Positions 61,099 through 64,000 of a DNA stretch of 64,000 nt are shown here, piece after piece. Below the pieces are notes generated by a model. It had not been told where the DNA came from. It did no database searches and saw only the letters and a program-made list of their open reading frames with translations. Numbering within the stretch: the first letter of the stretch is position 1; the number at the start of each line of letters is the position of its first letter. The DNA comes from an uncultured bacterium (lineage in GTDB: Bacteria > UBP4 > UBA4092): the NCBI GenBank assembly GCA_964644695.1, contig CAZXWN010000014.1, forward strand, positions 1-64,000, in the 5' to 3' direction. The position numbers and the translations under genes were made by a program.

Positions 61099-61461
61099 CT
61101 ATCTTACATACGCTTCCCGGGATTTCAAAAGAGGAATTAGGAGTAACCAAAATAGTAAGCCGTAATTCCAGGAAAAACGAGCCATGCCATGTGGTATATC
61201 AATGTGAAAAAGACCATTAAATGCCTGTTTAAAGAGTATCGGCAAAACCACAAATACTAATAATATTTTCCAGATAGAATTGATTTCATGATCAGGAAAG
61301 AAAAACGAAGAGAAAGCGTAGGAAGCAAATGCTATGAATAAAACAAAAAGACAATTCATCATGCTCGAAAAGAAATCCGGGTGAGTTATCACATCATAAA
61401 AACCAAAGGTAATGAATAATCCCATCCCAAAATAGAATTTTCTTTTATTCGTTTTCCACAT
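61099..61461 (-). CDS. Hypothetical membrane protein (about 4 TM)
   Basis: GGGAGAGGTG RBS; hydrophobic segments. Confidence 0.6.
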   Translation of the reverse strand: MWKTNKRKFYFGMGLFITFGFYDVITHPDFFSSMMNCLFVLFIAFASYAFSSFFFPDHEINSIWKILLVFVVLPILFKQAFNGLFHIDIPHGMARFSWNYGLLFWLLLIPLLKSREAYVR

Positions 61462-61608
61462 GCATCACCTCTCCCATCATATTAATACAAAATATTGATA
61501 ATTCAAGTATTTATTTATATACAAATAGGGTATCTCTGTTTATTTTTACGATTGATAACCTCCACTTTCAATTCCCCTTGACACCCCCTATTGATTCCGT
61601 CTCCTGCA

Positions 61609-61655
61609 ACGAAGAAGACACGGAGCAGGTGGGAGGAGGTCCGTGGATGATTCGT
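61609..61655. repeat. Dispersed phased palindromic motif, copy B
   Basis: ACGAA gaagac ACGGA gcaggtgggaggagg TCCGT ggatga TTCGT. Confidence 0.75.
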
Positions 61656-61760
61656 TGAGAAAATAACGTGTAATACCTCCGCCATAACAAATAATCAACC
61701 GGACAAAAGGGGAGGAATAGTTCGAATTTATAGGGTTATTAATGTTAAAATATCCCCATC

Positions 61761-63590
61761 ATGCCGAAAAAATCATTTATTGAAACATTAAACTCCACCA
61801 TCCTTGTCTGTGACGGGGCCATGGGAACCATGCTCTATGAAAAAGGGTTCTACATCAACCGGAATTATGACGAGGTCAATCTGACCGACCCCATCGTTGT
61901 GGAAAAAATCCACGAGGCTTATGTCAAGGCCGGTGCAGAGATCCTGGAAACAAACACCTTTGGTGCCAATCGAATCAAACTCACTGGATATGGAATTGAA
62001 TCCAAATGCCGGGACATCAATCTGGCGGGTGCTAAAATCGCCCGAAAAGCTGCCGGCGAAGACATCTTTGTGGCAGGCTCGATGGGTCCTATTGGAAAAT
62101 CCGTAGGTGAAAATCAGGATGTCAGTCCCACCGATGCCCGGGAAGCCTTTAAGGAACAGGCGGGCTATCTGGCTGAGGGCGGTGTGGACCTGATCATGCT
62201 GGAAACTTTCACCGACTTAAAAGAACTGATTCTGGCCATTGAATCCATTCAGGAAGTAACCACTCTTCCAATCATTGCCCAGATGTCTTATACCGAAGAA
62301 GGAAAGACCGCCAAGGGTTATACTCCCGAAGGCGTAGCTTTAGCCTTACAGCCTTATAAGCTGGCTGCCATCGGTGTCAATTGCAGTACCGGTCCCGCCG
62401 TAGCTCTGGATATTCTTCAACGGCTGGCCTGTGTTTATCAAGGCAAACTCACCGTACAACCTAACGCCGGTTCTCCCCACATGGTGGATGGCCGGATGTT
62501 ATATATGGCCTCCCCCACTTATTATGCGGAATTTGCCCGTAAATTCATCAACGCCGGTGCGGTGTTGATTGGTGGATGCTGCGGTTCTACTCCTGACCAT
62601 ATCTTTGAAGTTAAAAACATGGTCAAGATGCTGCGACATGGGAACATGGAAGAAGATGCCCTGGACATTAAAGTACAGGACCAGATTCTCTCAACACCGG
62701 CAGCTAAACCCGAAGAAAAATCTAAACTGGGTGCAAAACTCGGCAAACAGTTCTGTACCAGTATCGAATTAGATTCACCTCGAGGAACTGACCCCAGTAA
62801 AGTCATTGAAAGCGCCAAACTCCTTTATAAAAATGGCGTTGATGCCATCAATGTCGCTGACGGTCCCAGAGCATCAGCCCGAATGCACAACATCCCCATG
62901 TGTGAATTGATTCAACAGCAAGTCGGGATTGAAACCATCCTGCATGTCTGTTGCCGCGACCGTAATTTGATTGCCCTTCAATCCGACTTGATTGGTGCCT
63001 ACGCCCTGGGTATCAACAATCTCTGTATTATCACCGGTGACCCACCGAAACTTGGAGATTACCCGAACTGTACCGCAGTTTATGATGTGGACTCCATCGG
63101 GTTGACCCGTGCAGTCAATCTTCTGAATCATGGTATGGACCTGGCTGGAAATGCCATTAAACCGCCCACCAAATTATTGATTGGTGTGGGTGCTGATCCG
63201 GGAGCCGTTGATTTTGAAAAAGAACTCGCCCGTTATGAGCAGAAGGTAGAAGCCGGTGCCGAATATGTCATGACCCAACCCGTCTATGATATTCGTAAAC
63301 TGGAAAACTTCCTGAATCGGACTCACCATTGCCGAATCCCTGTCATGATTGGAATCATCCCGCTTCGTAGTTATAAAAATGCGGAGTTCCTCCACAATGA
63401 AGTGCCGGGCATGCAAATCCCGGAACAGATTCGGGAACGGATGCGGCTCGCAGGTGAGAATGGCGCCATGGAAGGCATCAAGATTGCGCAGGAAGCCCTT
63501 AAAGAAGCCAGTAAGATGGTGGCAGGTGTGTATCTCATGCCTCCATTCAACCGGGCTGACCTTGCTCTTGAAGTCCTTCAAGTCCTTTAA
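61761..63590 (+). CDS. yitJ: Bifunctional homocysteine S-methyltransferase / methylenetetrahydrofolate reductase
   Basis: DGAMGT, TNTFGAN, GVNC, PNAG, GGCCG; then ELDSPRG, CRDRN, TGDPP, MTQP, LHNEVPG. Confidence 0.92.
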   Translation: MPKKSFIETLNSTILVCDGAMGTMLYEKGFYINRNYDEVNLTDPIVVEKIHEAYVKAGAEILETNTFGANRIKLTGYGIESKCRDINLAGAKIARKAAGEDIFVAGSMGPIGKSVGENQDVSPTDAREAFKEQAGYLAEGGVDLIMLETFTDLKELILAIESIQEVTTLPIIAQMSYTEEGKTAKGYTPEGVALALQPYKLAAIGVNCSTGPAVALDILQRLACVYQGKLTVQPNAGSPHMVDGRMLYMASPTYYAEFARKFINAGAVLIGGCCGSTPDHIFEVKNMVKMLRHGNMEEDALDIKVQDQILSTPAAKPEEKSKLGAKLGKQFCTSIELDSPRGTDPSKVIESAKLLYKNGVDAINVADGPRASARMHNIPMCELIQQQVGIETILHVCCRDRNLIALQSDLIGAYALGINNLCIITGDPPKLGDYPNCTAVYDVDSIGLTRAVNLLNHGMDLAGNAIKPPTKLLIGVGADPGAVDFEKELARYEQKVEAGAEYVMTQPVYDIRKLENFLNRTHHCRIPVMIGIIPLRSYKNAEFLHNEVPGMQIPEQIRERMRLAGENGAMEGIKIAQEALKEASKMVAGVYLMPPFNRADLALEVLQVL

Positions 63591-63618
63591 ATCACAAAAG
63601 ACAATTACAGATAAAACA

Positions 63619-63656
63619 AAAAAGAAGCCGGTGTTCAATCATCGGCTTCTTTCTTT
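63619..63656. terminator. Bidirectional intrinsic terminator
   Basis: AAAGAAGCCG...CGGCTTCTTT between convergent genes. Confidence 0.8.
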
Positions 63657-63678
63657 ATTTACATCAAAACACAACAAC

Positions 63679-64000
63679 CTATTTTTTCCACAGTTTCAAT
63701 TCCTGTTTCAACAGGAGTGAACCTCCATCATTCCCACTTAGTTCCAGTTTCCAGGGATTTTCAGACAGGGAAGGCACCATAGTCGTATCTGTATTGTGAG
63801 TTTTGAATTCCATATTCAAAGTTGATTTATCCGGCATCGGCTCATTAAGCTTAGAAGCCTCTTCCAGATAATCACTGGCACGGGTTCCCACTTCACTGAG
63901 GAATTCAGGGTCCATGATTTTCCGGACATCCATGGATAATCCCGAACCTGTTGTATAGTTTCCGGGGAGACTGGGAATATTCATCGTTCCCGTCCGATGA
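63679..64000 (-). CDS. Hypothetical protein, probably the 3' part of a gene starting beyond the window
   Basis: Frame is open to the window edge and the stop is followed by the terminator. Confidence 0.5.
   Translation of the reverse strand, partial: HRTGTMNIPSLPGNYTTGSGLSMDVRKIMDPEFLSEVGTRASDYLEEASKLNEPMPDKSTLNMEFKTHNTDTTMVPSLSENPWKLELSGNDGGSLLLKQELKLWKK

Noticed and set aside
59631-61461. Integron cassette array
   Set aside because: No attC-like RYYYAAC...GTTRRRY hairpins in the gaps and no integrase
61500-61760. SAM riboswitch upstream of yitJ
   Set aside because: No SAM-I core (ATC...GAT helix, kink-turn, GCAACC) or terminator found; the hairpin present is the dispersed motif, which also occurs next to unrelated genes

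Overview
Bacterial chromosomal window, gene-dense and moderately AT-rich; gene content is reminiscent of PVC-like or candidate-phylum diderms, but that is inference only. Left to right: a partial SAM methyltransferase with its TetR regulator (tandem operators); three membrane GT-C glycosyltransferases; and a 14.5 kb minus-strand type IV filament locus (pilB-pilT-pilB-pilC, GspH/I/J/K-like minor pilins, a cohesin-domain gene and five tandem GspG-like paralogues with their own promoter). Then CopA, a multidomain GH18, an alginate-lyase-fold protein, TCA genes (acn-icd-sucC-sucD), peptidoglycan hydrolases (amidase-NlpC/P60 fusion, DacB) and an AT-rich GDP-heptose/GT4 cluster. The right part has a nucleoside hydrolase, malate dehydrogenase, a 1464-aa C25 gingipain-like protease, tRNA-Ser(TGA), a U32 hydroxylase, four ORFan membrane genes and YitJ. 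Two observations stand out. One is the hybrid T2SS/T4P locus with a five-gene GspG array, a cohesin gene and a GspK carrying an inserted lamin-tail domain. The other is a dispersed, helically phased palindromic motif (ACGAA-N6-ACGGA-N15-TCCGT-N6-TTCG) present in three exactly spaced copies and two partial copies. No CRISPR array, rRNA, transposase or integrase was seen. All calls come from motif recognition by eye; no searches were run.
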